Under the pieces are notes generated by a model that made no database searches, had not been told where the DNA came from, and saw only the letters and a list, made by a program, of their open reading frames with translations. Below, piece after piece: positions 60,992 through 64,000 of a stretch of 64,000 nt of DNA. This DNA is from Zootoca vivipara. Its lineage: Eukaryota. Made by a program: the position numbers and the translations under genes. The stretch spans positions 26,722,001 to 26,786,000 of the forward strand of contig NC_083286.1 in assembly GCF_963506605.1 (NCBI RefSeq). Direction: 5' to 3'. The stretch's first letter is position 1. The number at the start of each line of letters is the position of its first letter.

Positions 60992-61127
60992 CAGGCATAG
61001 GCAAACTTGGCCCTCCAGATGTTTTGAGACTACAATTCCCATCATTGCTGACCACTGTTCCTGTTAGCTAGGGATGATGGGAGTTGTAGTCCCAAAACAT
61101 CTGTAGGGCCAAGTTTGCTTATGCCTG
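60992..61127. mobile_element. Palindromic hAT MITE
   Basis: 8-bp TSD gtctaagt. Confidence 0.82.
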
Positions 61128-61349
61128 GTCTAAGTCACAGCCCCCCCCCCATTCATTATAAGACTGGATCGTAAGATTAAAATTGTAAAATTAAAAATAT
61201 TTGAACTCTTCCACCCCCTTTTTCTGGTTTCTGATTTAGCACTACACAGATATTGTATTCCAGCTCAGTTAAAACCAGTTTTAAATTATTCATGTACCTA
61301 CTTCATCACCATCACTGCCATCAAACATTTATTTGGTGCCAATATTATA

Positions 61350-61738
61350 CAGCGGTACCTTGGTTCCAGAAGCGAGCGTTCTGGTTTCTCTAAAAATGTG
61401 TCGAATGTGTCCTAAGTCCTGAGCTTCCATTTTCAGTGTTGCGCCAGCCGAGCCGCTTTGACGAGAGATCGAGAGAGATTGAAAGATCGCACTGATTGGG
61501 GCGGTGGGGAGAAGCGTCCCGCCAGCGCTCTGCAGCCCAGCTGCTTTGATGAGAGATCAAAAGATCGCGCTGATTGGGGTGGTGGGGGAAGCGTTTTAGG
61601 GGTAGTTTTTCAATAGCCTGGAACAGATTAATCAGCTTTGCATTACTTTCTATGGGAAAGTGCACCTTGGTTTTGGAATGTTTTGGTTTTGGAACGGACG
61701 TCCGGAACGGATTAAGTTCGAGAACCTAGGTACCACTA
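61350..61738. mobile_element. Tigger-like MITE
   Basis: TA-flanked cagcggtacct / aggtaccacta ends; internal duplicated aaagatcgcnctgattgggg unit. Confidence 0.6.
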
Positions 61739-62101
61739 TACTGTCCTTGCCTGGAAGTCTTATAATGTGTTAGTATTATAGGATAAGAACATGTACTTGG
61801 AACGAGGGAAACAACTGAGAACATAAGAGCCTGTTGTTTCCATTTAATAATTAACTTTGACAACTGATACTTCAGCATGTTTTATTTTGGGAATCATGCA
61901 TTTATTTCCTTAACTTGTAATATATGCCCACCTATTTCAGTTACAATATCAGGAAGTGAACGGATATATAGCTGGCTGTTTTTTTCCTTTTACATTACTG
62001 TACATTTCTTCCTAATTCATTAACTTCATGGCTCCATCATAGGAATAGGAAAAGAGCCACCTCTGGTGGCAACAAGCTGAATCTGCATGGCTATTCAAAT
62101 G

Positions 62102-62143
62102 CATGGGGTCACGAAGAGTCGGACACGACTAAACAACAACAAC
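62102..62143 (+). mobile_element. 42-bp BovB 3' terminus
   Basis: catggggtcacgaagagtcggacacgactaaac(aac)n with 9-bp TSD attcaaatg. Confidence 0.7.
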
Positions 62144-64000
62144 ATTCAAATGTACATCTCACTACTATCTCAGAAAGGAATTACTGTACAGTACATTACA
62201 AAAAACATTCCTTTTCCCCCTAGCCTTTGTCTAATTAAACAATCTGGGATCTTTTAAACTGAATGCGGGAGGCGGGGGCGGGAAGGCTGTATTTGTTTGT
62301 TACTATGTTGTGTATTTTTGTGTTTTTTATGTTGTAAAGCACCCTGTGATTCTTAGATGAAGCATGATATAGAAATTTAATAAATAAATTTCTTGTTTGG
62401 GTATCTTGTGGCATCCTGACAGATATTTCAACACACAAGAGGGAGTGGTAGGGCTGTGACTGCTTCCAAATGTCCTATTTATTGAGCATTCATCCCAATT
62501 TGCTTGCTCAAAGGTTGCAGGAGTTTTATATGTTCACTGCTTTTTGAGGATTCATTCTTACCAAAAATAAAAAATAAAAATCTGCTTTTGGATAGAGATG
62601 GGGAGCATATTTGTTGTGCAAGAATGTCAAATCCACTTTAAATACTACCCACAAAATAGCAACAGTCTCGAAGCAGCCTTTGCTGACTTCTCAGCTTCTG
62701 AAAAGACTTTGCAGTCATGCGAGAAGCTGGAGCATAGGAGTTTATGGCTCTTTACCGCAGATACACCCCATTTCAGCTCCCAGTGCCAGTGAAAAGAACT
62801 GGGAGGGATGGAGAAGGTTCAAATGCACTTTGTTCCTCTCTGTGCACTCACTCCATCCCCTTCAAATGTTGGAATAATAATAACAATAATGATTTCATTA
62901 TTTATACCTCACCAATCTGCCTGGGTTTCCCCAGCCACTCTGGGCAGCATTAACTTGGTTTGAAGAAGGAAAATAGCAACCTTTTGCCCATTTGCATACT
63001 CCCTAACATTTTAATTGTGCCAGAGCCAATTAAAAAATAATGGGTGCTAGAGAGTCAGTATGATGTATTAGTTTGTGTCAGAGTAGGACAGGAAAGATCC
63101 AGGTTCAAATCCTTACCCATGAAGCTCCAAGCGACCTGGTCCTAGTAGCTATTTCTCAGCATCGCCTGTTGTGATGATAAAATAGGAAGCAGGGAGAGCC
63201 ACGTAGTTTTGAGCTCATTGGAAGAAAATAGAAATGTGATCAAGAACTACAAAATAGAGTCATCATATATAGCTATCCCATTCACTGCCGGATATTCAGA
63301 ATATCATCATCCAGTGCTTTTCCTTATGGGGGTACTCAAGGGTACACAGTACCAGCACCGTTTTTTCAAATGTTAAAAGTATGGCACTTACTGACTTTTA
63401 GAAGACATCTGTTATTAATGTTTGATGTTTTATTGTTTTTAATATTCTGTAGGGAACAGCCCAGAGTGGCTAGAGAAGCCAACCCATTTAGGGTATAAAT
63501 AATAAATTGTTGTTGTTATTATTATATTATGTAACAACTTCATGGTGAATACTGGCAAATTTCCCCTTTTTTTCCTTCCTGAAAAACACTGCTTATAGCT
63601 TACTTTTCTCCCAAATGTATCCAGGGCAAACAGCTTGATCATAAAACCATGCAATACAATTGAACCATTTCAAACAAGCAGTAAAGAACATACTGTACAA
63701 CCAACACTGGACCACAACAAAACTAATCATAGGCTCTCTATAAATAAGGGGCCTATGCCTATCTTAAGGCTGCAGCTGTGCACGCAAAAAGGGGGGATGG
63801 GGGGGAGAAAGAAGCAGCAACAAGCACTTTGCTTGGGTACATTTCCCCTTTTTTTTTTGGAAACTCAAAACCTGCTCGAGCAGGAAGCTGATCTTCCGCC
63901 AGACAAGGTTGTAACGTTGGAACGATATGCTTCAGAAGCAGGTGCACCGACGAGGATAAAATAATTGCTTCCTCGACGTCGTAGTTAGTAATATATATAA

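Noticed and set aside
48200-64000. Possible ERAP1/ERAP2 paralog exons upstream of LNPEP
   Set aside because: I found no M1-aminopeptidase-like exons; the window is too short to conclude anything about presence or absence of the neighbour

Overview
Vertebrate (squamate reptile, probably lacertid lizard, judged from Sauria SINEs, BovB tails and a tRNA-Lys/CR1 SINE) genomic DNA. It contains one complete protein-coding gene, LNPEP (leucyl-cystinyl aminopeptidase / IRAP, M1 family), on the minus strand. I mapped 18 coding exons between 47389 and 8679, all introns GT-AG, totalling 3090 nt or 1029 aa. The gene has a CpG-island promoter near 46900-48150 and a probable ~5.2 kb 3' UTR with no transposons that I recognise, ending near 3490. 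Introns and flanks hold many transposable elements: Sauria SINEs, CR1, L2 and BovB fragments, hAT and Tc1/mariner MITEs, and a hAT transposase relic. The most notable non-coding structures are three fold-back insertions of Penelope-like retroelement termini, each flanked by a target-site duplication (14494-14880, 36323-36546, 50078-50148). The two intronic ones carry minimal hammerhead-ribozyme motifs on both strands, intact in the first and degenerate in the second. The first is a perfect 173-bp-arm palindrome. An inverted MITE pair also brackets the frame-preserving exon 9.
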